Positions 22,166 through 32,147 of a stretch of 64,000 bases of DNA are shown piece after piece. Under the pieces are notes generated by a model. The model saw only the letters and a program-made list of their open reading frames with translations. It searched no databases and was not told where the DNA came from. The DNA is taken from IMG/VR virus record IMGVR_UViG_3300028920_000023. One strand, given 5' to 3'. Position numbers and translations under genes: made by a program. This DNA comes from a virus (Duplodnaviria > Caudoviricetes). The stretch's first letter is position 1, and each line of letters opens with the position of its first letter.

Positions 22166-23256
22166 TGCACATCGGAATATTCTCAAAATTAGGCGCAGCT
22201 GGAGGATCGGAACACAGATGCGCAGAAATGGCCAACTCGATAGTACGATACACAGGACATACCGTAACCCTATTATGCGAAAAAGAATTAAACGAAAGAA
22301 TAAAGAACCTGCTAGACAACAAAGTCAACATAGCACTCCACGTCCTAGGAGAATACGGACACAACCGAAACCTCCTACACGAAGTAGACTCCCTACTAAT
22401 AGTAAACAGCGACAGCTACTCATTCAGTAAACCAGAATACTGGCATGGCAAAGCCATGAACAAAGACAAACCACACCACACCTTCGACATAGACCCAGCC
22501 AAAATCCGACAGATGGTCTTCCTATACAACTTCGTAGTAAGCCCAGCACAAAATCTCAAAAAATTATACCAAGAATGTCCAGATGTAAGAATCATATGCG
22601 CCAACAAACGTTTCTTCGATGAAATAAGCACCAAAGACAAATTCAAAGGAATGAGACACCTACCAAGAACAACACTAGACTCTCCCATATGCCCACAAAG
22701 CGTATCGACAGCCAAATACCCATCGGAACAAATCAGAATAGGCAAACATTCCCTAGCACATGGATATAAATTCAACAAAGAACACCAAAAATTAATCGAG
22801 AGGATAAACGAAAAGTATAGTCATAAGGTCATCTGGGACTTCATGGGAGTGCCAAAAGACCGCATTAAAGAATTATCCAGAATACCAAACGTCATAATTC
22901 GTGAAGCATTCTCAAAATCTGTAAAAGAATACCTAATGGGTATAGATATCTTTCTCTTTTTCATAGATTGGGGAAGAACAGAACCATGGTCTAGGGCAGT
23001 AGCAGAGGCCATGATGAGCGGCACACCAGTAATAGCCACAGACAAAGCCGGCAATAGAGACCAAGTCATCAGCGGGAATAACGGGTTCCTATGCAACACC
23101 GTAGACCAAATGTTCGACAGTATAAGCTTTTTAATAGAAAACCCAGAAATACGCAAAACCATGGGTCTAAACAACCACATCTATTCCCAGAGATTCACAA
23201 GCCAAAAAATAATCAACAACTACCTAGACTTCATAACCACCAAAAAACATACATAA
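22165..23256 (+). CDS. GT4-family glycosyltransferase
   Basis: GGSEHR N-motif; EPWSRAVAEAMMSGTPVIATDKAGNRDQVISGNNGFL (EX7E); start set at ATG 22165. Confidence 0.85.
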   Translation: MHIGIFSKLGAAGGSEHRCAEMANSIVRYTGHTVTLLCEKELNERIKNLLDNKVNIALHVLGEYGHNRNLLHEVDSLLIVNSDSYSFSKPEYWHGKAMNKDKPHHTFDIDPAKIRQMVFLYNFVVSPAQNLKKLYQECPDVRIICANKRFFDEISTKDKFKGMRHLPRTTLDSPICPQSVSTAKYPSEQIRIGKHSLAHGYKFNKEHQKLIERINEKYSHKVIWDFMGVPKDRIKELSRIPNVIIREAFSKSVKEYLMGIDIFLFFIDWGRTEPWSRAVAEAMMSGTPVIATDKAGNRDQVISGNNGFLCNTVDQMFDSISFLIENPEIRKTMGLNNHIYSQRFTSQKIINNYLDFITTKKHT

Positions 23257-24011
23257 TCACCGCATGCGGAGAAAAACACACCGCACGAATCAACCCATGT
23301 ATACAAGCACTCAAAAAATACACCACAGCCGATATCATAATAATCACCTCAAGATCAACCCAACATATCAACCACGACCAAATAATTCGACATACAATCC
23401 CGGACAAATATGACGATGCACAAGCCAGTAGAATCCTAAAAACCGGAATACAGAAAATCATATCACTAACAGAAACATACTGCTATATGGATACAGACAT
23501 ATTCGCAGTAGACCAGGAAGCAGACGAAATATTCACACACAGAAAAGGAATCATAAACTTCGCCAAAGACCCAGGAAAAACAGTCAAAAAATTCTCCAAA
23601 TATGCCACCAAAATACCCCTAACACAAGCAATAAAAGAAAAATTCAACCTAGATATACCAGAAAAATGGCAAATATGGAACGGAGGACTATTCCTATTTG
23701 ACAAACACTCAATACCATTCCTCAATACCTGGCACCAATTCACCCTAGACACATTCCAAGACCCCATCTGGAAAACAAGAGACCAAGGAGCACTAATAGC
23801 AGCAGTATGGAAACACGGACTACAAAACAACGACACAATACCCAGAGAATACAACTGGCTACATAAACTACAAAGCGGACTAAAAAACCTACCAAACGGA
23901 TTCAGAACCAAAAAAGGCCAAAAAATCAAATTCCTACACTTCCCAGTATCCTATGGAGACACCAAATCAGAAACCTGGAATAATCTACAAAAAATACTTA
24001 ATCAAGCCTAA
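23091..24011 (+). CDS. GT8-like glycosyltransferase domain (no good own start; possibly frameshift-fused to upstream GT4)
   Basis: YMDTDIF (DxD), WNGGLFLFD, DQGAL, PREYNW, KFLHF. Confidence 0.65.
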   Translation: MQHRRPNVRQYKLFNRKPRNTQNHGSKQPHLFPEIHKPKNNQQLPRLHNHQKTYIITACGEKHTARINPCIQALKKYTTADIIIITSRSTQHINHDQIIRHTIPDKYDDAQASRILKTGIQKIISLTETYCYMDTDIFAVDQEADEIFTHRKGIINFAKDPGKTVKKFSKYATKIPLTQAIKEKFNLDIPEKWQIWNGGLFLFDKHSIPFLNTWHQFTLDTFQDPIWKTRDQGALIAAVWKHGLQNNDTIPREYNWLHKLQSGLKNLPNGFRTKKGQKIKFLHFPVSYGDTKSETWNNLQKILNQA

Positions 24012-24879
24012 TATTTCATGCCATGTACATATATTCATGATCACATTATACCACAATCTTAAAAATGACGGATGGCATGTCAGATTATTCAGCGAGATAC
24101 TCGGCTTAGTTGAAACATCCAAAGAAATAATTACGCCTACTCTCAAGATCGGCGAAGACATAATAAAGATCAAGAGATTTGTAATTTTTCAGAAAGACGA
24201 AGAATATTATATAATAGAATTCCAAGATCAAGTCAATCCAAAGAAATTATCAGTTAGACACTTCATAAAAAATGAAGCTATCAAGATCGTGCTCAAATGC
24301 ATGTATCGAGATAACTTATATCAATGGGACAAAATCAGACCATTCTTGTACTTTGAAAAAGACCCACATATTTGGCAGAAGCACCTAGGATACCTCAGAT
24401 CAGGCCCAAGGAATGTACCAAAATTATACTTCCGTGGTACCTCGGGATTTGGAAATAGGAAAAACGTCCTCAAAAAATTAAGAATACTAAACCCAAGCCA
24501 AAAGAAAATAGGACTAAACCAATACATAGAAGAATGTAGACAACATATTATGGCCTTATCCCTGCCAGGAGTAGCCAATACCTGTCATAGAGAAATAGAA
24601 ATGTTCGGGGCCGGAATCCCGGTCCTAATGCCCAGACAAAAAACCGCATTCTACGACCCACTAATACCAAATTACCATTACATCTCAGTAGATGTTGACG
24701 CCAAACAGGACGCTACTGACACAATCGTATCTAAAATAACCAAAAGATTTTTGGAAACATATAAAAACGAGGCCTTGCTGCACGACATCAGAAAAAACGC
24801 TCTGGAATGGTACGATAGGAATATACTAGTTGGGAACAGAAGCAAAATAACTTTACGATTACTGGGTTTAAATGGATAA
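23953..24879 (+). CDS. Putative glycosyltransferase (GT90/exostosin-like)
   Basis: KLYFRGT...ALSLPG...CHREIEMFGAGIPVL...PLIPNYHYISV; start uncertain. Confidence 0.5.
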   Translation: METPNQKPGIIYKKYLIKPNISCHVHIFMITLYHNLKNDGWHVRLFSEILGLVETSKEIITPTLKIGEDIIKIKRFVIFQKDEEYYIIEFQDQVNPKKLSVRHFIKNEAIKIVLKCMYRDNLYQWDKIRPFLYFEKDPHIWQKHLGYLRSGPRNVPKLYFRGTSGFGNRKNVLKKLRILNPSQKKIGLNQYIEECRQHIMALSLPGVANTCHREIEMFGAGIPVLMPRQKTAFYDPLIPNYHYISVDVDAKQDATDTIVSKITKRFLETYKNEALLHDIRKNALEWYDRNILVGNRSKITLRLLGLNG

Positions 24880-26245
24880 ATTCAGAAGAAAACTCCAAAT
24901 ATTACAACATAAAAAACAGGGGGCACCACTTCCGCCAACCAAAAAAGAATATATACCACCAGTACAACAGCAGCTGAGCATTTCCTTATGCTGCACATGT
25001 AAGGGAAGAAAAGAACAACTAGGATATACGGTACCTAGCAATCTTGAGATCATCAAAGATGACCAAGATATAGAATATATCCTGTTAGATTATGATAGCC
25101 CAGATAACCTCAAAGAGTTCGCCCAGAGATATCCACAACTGAAATATTATAGAATAAATGATAGACCATACTTCCACCATAGCGAAGCCAAAAATTTTGC
25201 ACATGCGCAGGCATCAAATGCAATTGTAATTAATATAGATTCCGAGACATATTTCACTAAAAAATTCATTGATAAAGTAAGAACAGAATTCACTAAGAAT
25301 ATAAACATTATATTACATTGCGACCGCCATGGGGTTATCGCGTTAAGCAGAGAAAACTTCCAGAAACTAAATGGATATGATACAAGATTCATAGGATGGG
25401 GCTCAGAGGATAATGATTTAGTCAACAGAGCCAGGAATCTAGGATTAAGACATAAAAAATTAAGAGGAAAAGAATATACCAGCTACCATGATCACAAAGA
25501 CAAAGTAAGAAACAGATTCACCATAATACCAAAACACCTTTCCTATCCGGCAAACAAAGAAATCCTTAAACAAAACGAAAGAAATAAAATAACAAGAGTA
25601 GAAAATAAACCAATATTCAGAAACAATAACCCAATGAGGTTCGTAATCGTTGTAGGCCTACCAAGATCCGGAACCAGCTGCGTAGCAGGGACCATCGAAA
25701 AACTTGGTATAGCTTTCAGCCCAAGCATGTATGGACCCAAACAAAACAACCAAAAAGGATTCTACGAGTGCGTAGTTCTGGCCAATGTTTGCCATAGGTG
25801 CGTAGCACAACCAAGTTTGGAATATAGAGTAAGTATCGAAAGCCGCAAAAAGAACTTGTTAGAATTGTATAAGTATTATAGATTCGGTATCGATAATAAC
25901 AGGACAGTGGGTATGAAGCATCCTCTTCTTACGATGATGCTCCCGGAAGCTGAGTATATCTTCGGGAATATCATATGGGTTAATGTGATAAGGCCGCTGG
26001 ATAAGATCAAACAGTCAGCTATCAGCGTGGGTTATTTTGGGAGCAAATCAGAGACTATAGCTATGCTGGATAATATGAATGCGGAACGGAATCACCAGAT
26101 GGATAAGAGGGAACATTTGGATGTATATTATGAGAGGTTGTTGCGGAGGCCAGAAGAGGAAATAGAGCGTATTGCTAATTATCTTGGAACAAATATGAAT
26201 ATGAGAGCGTTAGAATTTGTGGATGATAAATTAAGGCATTTCTAA
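24872..26245 (+). CDS. GT2/GT7-like glycosyltransferase fused to sulfotransferase domain
   Basis: GYDTRFIGWGSEDNDL in N-half; VVGLPRSGTSCVAG PAPS loop in C-half. Confidence 0.75.
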   Translation: MDKFRRKLQILQHKKQGAPLPPTKKEYIPPVQQQLSISLCCTCKGRKEQLGYTVPSNLEIIKDDQDIEYILLDYDSPDNLKEFAQRYPQLKYYRINDRPYFHHSEAKNFAHAQASNAIVINIDSETYFTKKFIDKVRTEFTKNINIILHCDRHGVIALSRENFQKLNGYDTRFIGWGSEDNDLVNRARNLGLRHKKLRGKEYTSYHDHKDKVRNRFTIIPKHLSYPANKEILKQNERNKITRVENKPIFRNNNPMRFVIVVGLPRSGTSCVAGTIEKLGIAFSPSMYGPKQNNQKGFYECVVLANVCHRCVAQPSLEYRVSIESRKKNLLELYKYYRFGIDNNRTVGMKHPLLTMMLPEAEYIFGNIIWVNVIRPLDKIKQSAISVGYFGSKSETIAMLDNMNAERNHQMDKREHLDVYYERLLRRPEEEIERIANYLGTNMNMRALEFVDDKLRHF

Positions 26246-26964
26246 TGATTAGCTTCTGCACCACTTGTATGAACAGAACATGTCATTTGGCTAGGACTTT
26301 ACCGATCAATTTGGTAAACACAAGAGATTGTGATGTGGAGTTTGTTGTTTTAAATTATGGCAGCAGGGATGATTTGGATCATTTTATGGGGATGTTTTAT
26401 CATTTAATAATGACTTCTAGAGTCAGGTATTTCAAGACACAACAGGATGTCTTCCGGATGAGTCATGCTAAGAATGTTGTGCACAAGTTGGGCGATGGAG
26501 ATATTTTGTGCAATTTGGATGCGGATTGTATTATTGATGAGAATTTCGTTAAGGAGGTCAAGGAACGTGTGCTGGGCTCTGTGGTTAGGGGATGGTATGG
26601 TGGTCTTATTGCGATAGAGAAGAAGAATTTTATGGAATTGAGGGGATATGATGAGAGATTTAGGGGATGGGGTCGAGAGGATGATGATTTTGTTAACAGA
26701 GCTGGGCGTCTGGGGTTAGAGTTCGTGAGGTTAAATAGGGATGTTTATAAACAGATTAAGCATAAGCCTGATGATTCTAACCTGGATATGAAGGCTGAGG
26801 AATCTATTCCTCTAAACAGTGAATTGATGCATAATAATACTAAGCTAGGTATTATTACGGTCAATCAAGTTTCTTTTGGGGAGTGTATGATTGAATCTGG
26901 TAAAGTTGAGTTGACGAAGCCAAACAGTATGGTAAGGAGAGCTGTATCTAGATTCTCTAAATAA
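26245..26964 (+). CDS. GT2/GT7-like glycosyltransferase
   Basis: SFCTTCMNR, NLDAD, GYDERFRGWGREDDDF; paralog of the preceding N-domain. Confidence 0.8.
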   Translation: MISFCTTCMNRTCHLARTLPINLVNTRDCDVEFVVLNYGSRDDLDHFMGMFYHLIMTSRVRYFKTQQDVFRMSHAKNVVHKLGDGDILCNLDADCIIDENFVKEVKERVLGSVVRGWYGGLIAIEKKNFMELRGYDERFRGWGREDDDFVNRAGRLGLEFVRLNRDVYKQIKHKPDDSNLDMKAEESIPLNSELMHNNTKLGIITVNQVSFGECMIESGKVELTKPNSMVRRAVSRFSK

Positions 26965-27005
26965 AGTCTGACCTCCCAAACATAATATGGACAAGGGAGG
27001 ACAAG

Positions 27006-27791
27006 ATGAAACAGAAAAATGTGGTTACCCTCTACAGAGAGACATGGAATCTGGGCGATGCAGTACAGACTCTAGCTTTGTCTAGGCTGATTGATGTCCA
27101 TGCTGGGATTTTCCGTGGAGAGAAGATTTATCTTGCCAATGATTATCTACATGTGAATAATGGTTATATCAGCGAGAAAGATTTTATTCCGCATCATGAT
27201 GCTTTGTTTGCTGGTGTGCATATTGATGTCTCATCTGGCGATGATAATATTTTGGTGTGGTTAGAGAATTCTTCTAGGCCTATTGGATCTAGGGACCCTT
27301 GGACGCATGAATATTTGTTGAAGAAGGGGATAAATTCTGAACTTGTTGGATGCGCGACAGTCACTTTCCCTACAATCGGTATGTGCGGTAAGGATGTTAT
27401 TAATGTTGAAAGCAGTTTGGAATTGGATGGTTGTATTAAGATGGACCATTTGATCCATAGGGAGATGTCGTGGGGTATGCAGTGGAATAGGGCTCAGAGT
27501 TATGTTACTAGGTATTCTATGGCGAAGTTTGTTGCGACATGTCGTTTGCATGTGGCGTTGGTTTGTATTGCGTATGGTATCCCGTTCTTTGTAGATAGGC
27601 CTAGGAATGAGAGTATGGAGAGAAGATTTAGTATTTTGTCTGAGATGGGTGTAAGATTTGGTGAAATCAATCAAATTTCTAATGAGGTTGTTGATGAGTG
27701 GAGGTTGAGGTATAAGGGGTTTTTGGAGAGGTTTGTTGATGTTGAGGAACATTCGCCAGGATTTGTTAAGCCGATATGGGATGTGGTCTGA
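27006..27791 (+). CDS. Polysaccharide pyruvyl transferase-like protein
   Basis: NLGDAVQTLAL, IGSRDPWT, TCRLHVALVCIAYGIP. Confidence 0.65.
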   Translation: MKQKNVVTLYRETWNLGDAVQTLALSRLIDVHAGIFRGEKIYLANDYLHVNNGYISEKDFIPHHDALFAGVHIDVSSGDDNILVWLENSSRPIGSRDPWTHEYLLKKGINSELVGCATVTFPTIGMCGKDVINVESSLELDGCIKMDHLIHREMSWGMQWNRAQSYVTRYSMAKFVATCRLHVALVCIAYGIPFFVDRPRNESMERRFSILSEMGVRFGEINQISNEVVDEWRLRYKGFLERFVDVEEHSPGFVKPIWDVV

Positions 27792-28300
27792 GGATTGTTT
27801 CTCCGTATTTTGATTTTACCCCTCCGGTTTTAGTGGAGAAGCAGAGGGAGGTTTTCGAGCGTTTTGATCTTCCTTTAGAACAGTGCAGAACGCGTGCTTC
27901 CGAGGGGAGCTTTTTGGATGAGGTAGTTCGTTCTGATTTTTCTTTGTTATTGTATTTCAGTCCTTATTGTGTTCCGTTGTTTGGTGATTTTATTAGGGTG
28001 GTTTGTTGTTTGGATCCGTTTGAGCGGTTGGTTGGTTTAAGGAGTCCTGGGTTTGGTGAGTGGGTTGTTGGTGGTTTTTTCGCTTTGAGTAGGGATGTTT
28101 ATGAGAGAGCTGGTCGTCCTTCGTTTTTGCCTTATGGTGGTGGTGTTTTGGGTCAGAGATTAATCAGAGGTTGTAGGGTAAATAGGATTGATGTCAGGTT
28201 TTTGGTGGATGATCAGTTGGTTTATCGTGGTGTGGTGAATGGTTTTAGGAGAAGGTGCGATAGGATTCTTTCTGAGGTTCCTGTATTGAGTTATGGATAA
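27776..28300 (+). CDS. Hypothetical, possibly degenerate glycosyltransferase
   Basis: 174-aa ORF filling the gap in the operon; extremely G/T-rich coding strand. Confidence 0.4.
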   Translation: MGCGLRIVSPYFDFTPPVLVEKQREVFERFDLPLEQCRTRASEGSFLDEVVRSDFSLLLYFSPYCVPLFGDFIRVVCCLDPFERLVGLRSPGFGEWVVGGFFALSRDVYERAGRPSFLPYGGGVLGQRLIRGCRVNRIDVRFLVDDQLVYRGVVNGFRRRCDRILSEVPVLSYG

Positions 28301-28973
28301 ATTTCGGATTAGATTAAAGAATCGTGTTAAACCTAGAAAAATTAATAAGCATAATTCTGATAAATTATTTCTAAGGAATGTTACACTTATATGTATTGAT
28401 TGTGTGAATATTGTTGGGGCGTTACGTAGTCTTGCGATATGCTTACATTATTGCGATTTTCAAGATATCAAGTTTTTAACATCGGAAAATATGAACTTTA
28501 GATATAGGGTAGAGATACCTAAAATTCACAGCAAAAGAGAATATTCGTTTTTTGTTGTTAGAGAATTATACAAGTATGTCGATACTAGCCATTTACTCAT
28601 TGTACAACACGATGGATGGATTTGTAATCCCAAGGCATGGGATGATGAGTGGTACAAATATGATTATATTGGATCGAATGTTACGTGGATGGATAATAAA
28701 GGAGGGAATGGCGGTTTTTCTTTTAGGTCTAAAAGGTTATTAGAATATGGTTTGAATATTATTCCGGAGGGGAAAGAACATCCGGAAGATGCTGCGTACT
28801 CGTCTGTAAAGAAAAAGAATACTGGATTTAGGAAACAATTTGAAGATGCTGGTTTAAGATTTGCGGATAGGGAATTACAAGCAAAATTCGGATGTAAGAA
28901 TAGGAAGAAATGGGAAGGTTCTTTCGGCCATCATACGTCTAAATTGGATGATTGGAGAAATCCAATTGGATAA
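28293..28973 (+). CDS. DUF5672-like glycosyltransferase
   Basis: HLLIVQHDGWICN...WDDEWYKYDYIG...GNGGFSFRSKRLLE...EDA. Confidence 0.65.
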   Translation: MDKFRIRLKNRVKPRKINKHNSDKLFLRNVTLICIDCVNIVGALRSLAICLHYCDFQDIKFLTSENMNFRYRVEIPKIHSKREYSFFVVRELYKYVDTSHLLIVQHDGWICNPKAWDDEWYKYDYIGSNVTWMDNKGGNGGFSFRSKRLLEYGLNIIPEGKEHPEDAAYSSVKKKNTGFRKQFEDAGLRFADRELQAKFGCKNRKKWEGSFGHHTSKLDDWRNPIG

Positions 28974-30456
28974 ATTCAGAAAAAGACTTATAAATCGTAT
29001 AAAACCAAAGAAAACTAATAAAATTGAGATACGAAATAAGGCAAATAAGATTATATCCCGTAATCATCTAGGAGGACATGAGAACATAACACATATAGAT
29101 GAAGCTGTCCTAGATTATTTAATAAGGCGATTTAGACCACATTCTTTTTTGGACGTCGGTTGCGGTCCAGGCGGCATGGTTTCTATAGCTAAATCAAGAG
29201 GATTATATTCAAAAGGAATAGATGGAGATGATAATATCAAATTTGAAGATTTGATATTGCATGATTTTCAAAATGGAAAAATAGACATCAAAAGAAAATT
29301 CGATATAATTTGGTCCACTGAATTTTTGGAACATATACCCGAGGAACTATTAGGAAACGTATTTTATACTCTAAAGAATTGTAGTAAAGAAGGAACAATT
29401 TTAATTATAACTGCGGCCCCGCCAAAATCAAAAGGACATTATCACGTTAATTTACAGAATTCAGATTATTGGATAGAAGTTTTCGAATCCAATGGATTTC
29501 AATATAGTAAGAGTCTCACTACATCAATACGAAGGTTATCTTCTATGAGACGCGAATTTATGAGAAAAACAGGTCTAGTATTTCAATTCAGGAGTAAATC
29601 AGAGAATAAAAAATCAGAACATCAAAAAACAAAAAAGATATGCTTTTATAGTTATTATGGCGGAGGCAAAAGACACGCAGAATTACTTAGGAAATATTAT
29701 GAATGTCGAAATTCAGAATTTTCAATAATAAAGCCTTGTAGTAAATGGTGTGAAGACGTATTTTCGGTAGTTACAGATATAATTTCGTCAGATATTATTT
29801 TCATCTGGAATGGGCAGGATCCGGGGTGTGATTGGATCAAATCTGTTTGCAAAGCTCATAACATCAAATATTTATACGCAGAATTGGGTCTTCTACCTCA
29901 GAAGAATAACTGGCATATCGACCCAAACGGTATAATCGGAAAGTCCTCTTTATGCAAAGAACTCAGTTGGGTTGATGACGAAATGATAAGAAAATACGAA
30001 CAATATAAGGAAACCTATATTCGAAAAAATAAATTATATTATAATCCTGGTGAATATATCTTGATTCCTTTACAATTGGAATTCGATAGTGCATTCTATC
30101 TCTATTCTGGTTATGCAAGAATATCTGATTTTATAGCGGATATGGAATCAAAATATGACAAAATCATCATCAGCCCACATCCTGTTAGGAAAGATATCAG
30201 ATTATATCCCAAAAAAGCTAAAATAATCAGAGATACCCCAACAATTAAGCTAGCTTTGAAATCAAAACAGGTAATAGGTCTGACCTCTACTATATTATAC
30301 GAGACATCCATGTTGGGCATCCCAACAGAAGCCATAGGGGATTGTCCTATGAAATACCATAAAGATGATCAAATACGTCTATTAGCAGCAGTATACCACA
30401 GACAAATACCAGAAGAAACAACAGATTTAACTAGATGGATAAACGATTTACTTTAG
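28966..30456 (+). CDS. SAM methyltransferase fused to capsule-biosynthesis (KpsS-like) domain
   Basis: TTG start 28966 with GGAG RBS; FLDVGCGPGG, STEFLEHI; C-half YAELGLLP, IPLQLEFDS, HP, TSTILYE. Confidence 0.65.
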   Translation: MDKFRKRLINRIKPKKTNKIEIRNKANKIISRNHLGGHENITHIDEAVLDYLIRRFRPHSFLDVGCGPGGMVSIAKSRGLYSKGIDGDDNIKFEDLILHDFQNGKIDIKRKFDIIWSTEFLEHIPEELLGNVFYTLKNCSKEGTILIITAAPPKSKGHYHVNLQNSDYWIEVFESNGFQYSKSLTTSIRRLSSMRREFMRKTGLVFQFRSKSENKKSEHQKTKKICFYSYYGGGKRHAELLRKYYECRNSEFSIIKPCSKWCEDVFSVVTDIISSDIIFIWNGQDPGCDWIKSVCKAHNIKYLYAELGLLPQKNNWHIDPNGIIGKSSLCKELSWVDDEMIRKYEQYKETYIRKNKLYYNPGEYILIPLQLEFDSAFYLYSGYARISDFIADMESKYDKIIISPHPVRKDIRLYPKKAKIIRDTPTIKLALKSKQVIGLTSTILYETSMLGIPTEAIGDCPMKYHKDDQIRLLAAVYHRQIPEETTDLTRWINDLL

Positions 30457-31398
30457 AATCATGTTAGCTGTTGCAATACAGGCACCAGTATGTCCTAATT
30501 CTGGAAAAGTTAACATAACATCAGAATCAGCTACAAGACCAAAAACGATAAAATAACCCTGAGCCTTATCCGTAACCCTCAATTCAGTTATCTTTCTCCA
30601 ACCAGATTTCAACATGGTCTCGCGATATTCGGATGTACCTCTCGGGTCTATGAACGAATATAACCTGGTTCCTTTTGGCACAGATAATTCGACAGACGAT
30701 CTATTGTTCATAGATAATCTTAAAAAGGATAAACCTATGAGTTCCTTGGGTATATCTTTTATGATATAATTCCTATCTACTAGATAGACAAAATTAGAAG
30801 ATATCGTAACAATATCTTTTTTACCATTGTGTTTAATAATAACGTTATTTCCAATCGAAACATTTGGTTTTTTACTCAAAACACTCATACCCTTCCTAGG
30901 CTCTTCCTTGAAATTAACCTCCTCAATATCATCACCAGCCTTAATCTGAAAAGTCTGATCACGATACCCCTCCTTCGCAATAGAAACGCTCCTGGTCTGC
31001 GGAGTATAGACCACAGTACAAGGAGTCACAGCATCCTTACCAAAAACATCCTTAACAGGCTTACCATCCACAAACACCCGCCAACCATCCTCAGCACTCA
31101 AAACATCAGCCTTCAACTGTACCGGCTTTAGCTTAACAACATCCAAACGCTTAATACCCCTATTCTCCACCTTCAGAGCAAGAACAAAATCCTCGTAACC
31201 AGCCTTCTTGAACAAAAGCTTCTGATCCCCAACCGGAACACGCACCAGACACTTCGTCATGCCCAAAGGAGCATTCATCTCCTCCTTGACCAAGAAAACA
31301 GCAGCCTTCGAAGGAGAAGAATCCACATAAAGCTTGCCCTCTTCTCCAAACACCACACCAACCAAAAGGAACAAACAAACCAAATATCGCATAATCAA
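30448..31398 (-). CDS. Secreted PEGA-domain protein
   Basis: Signal peptide MRYLVCLFLLVGVVFG; two PEGA-like units (VDSSPSKAAVFL...KKAGYED; VFVDGK...AKEGYRD). Confidence 0.7.
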   Translation of the reverse strand: MIMRYLVCLFLLVGVVFGEEGKLYVDSSPSKAAVFLVKEEMNAPLGMTKCLVRVPVGDQKLLFKKAGYEDFVLALKVENRGIKRLDVVKLKPVQLKADVLSAEDGWRVFVDGKPVKDVFGKDAVTPCTVVYTPQTRSVSIAKEGYRDQTFQIKAGDDIEEVNFKEEPRKGMSVLSKKPNVSIGNNVIIKHNGKKDIVTISSNFVYLVDRNYIIKDIPKELIGLSFLRLSMNNRSSVELSVPKGTRLYSFIDPRGTSEYRETMLKSGWRKITELRVTDKAQGYFIVFGLVADSDVMLTFPELGHTGACIATANMILK

Positions 31399-31467
31399 TC
31401 TCCTTTCTAACCTCTTTGTATCGCGCCCCGTCTAATACGCAACCCGTATATCTTAATCACAAAAACT

Positions 31468-31992
31468 TCAGTACGGAACCTCCCCAACAATACTCGTTAC
31501 AATCTTTTGGTGCTCCGGATCCATCTTCTCATGATCAACAGCCTTATCGACAACCACACCACGAGCTGCAAGATGAGAAAGATTAAACCGACTCATAATC
31601 TTACCAAGCTGACCACTCTTCGTACCACTCGGAAAATCATCACCATGCAACAAAAAGAACTTAGGACCACCCTCAGCCCTCAGACCCATCTCCAGATCAG
31701 TAGTAACATCAACACGACCACGAGGAACACCCCTATAAGCATCCTCCAAATCGTCAATATTATCCTCAATATCATAATGATCAATCAGCTTAGGAACAAT
31801 ATACTTCATCCAAGCCTCATAATGCGAAAGAGCACCATATTCGGCATCCGAAAAAGTCATCAAAACCCACTTCGGCTTCAAATACACATAATACCAAATG
31901 CCAGTAGAAGGCTTCCTAGACTCCTCGAGCTTCCTCACATCCTCAGCGCTAATCCCAAGAACCTCATCCAACTCGCTAGACAAATCAGACAT
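31468..31992 (-). CDS. Hypothetical phage protein
   Basis: 174 aa, GGAGG RBS. Confidence 0.65.
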   Translation of the reverse strand: MSDLSSELDEVLGISAEDVRKLEESRKPSTGIWYYVYLKPKWVLMTFSDAEYGALSHYEAWMKYIVPKLIDHYDIEDNIDDLEDAYRGVPRGRVDVTTDLEMGLRAEGGPKFFLLHGDDFPSGTKSGQLGKIMSRFNLSHLAARGVVVDKAVDHEKMDPEHQKIVTSIVGEVPY

Positions 31993-32055
31993 GTCATTCC
32001 CTCCTATACATCGTTGTATCGTGTCAGCGGAAAAACGCTACCTTTTGGGAGATAC

Positions 32056-32083
32056 TTGACAGACTAGAAAGAAAGGATAGAAT
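32056..32083 (+). promoter_or_regulatory. Sigma70-like promoter TTGACA-16-TAGAAT, antisense to surrounding genes
   Basis: Direct match in intergenic region. Confidence 0.5.
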
Positions 32084-32103
32084 GACCGAATACTACCGCC
32101 CTA

Positions 32104-32143
32104 GGCTTCAGGCTGACGCGACCCTCCCTGTTGGCCTGAAGCC
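32104..32143. other. Strong GC-rich hairpin GGCTTCAGGC...GCCTGAAGCC
   Basis: 10 Watson-Crick bp plus 4 further pairs including G-U; no U-tract on either strand. Confidence 0.6.
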
Positions 32144-32147
32144 ACAA

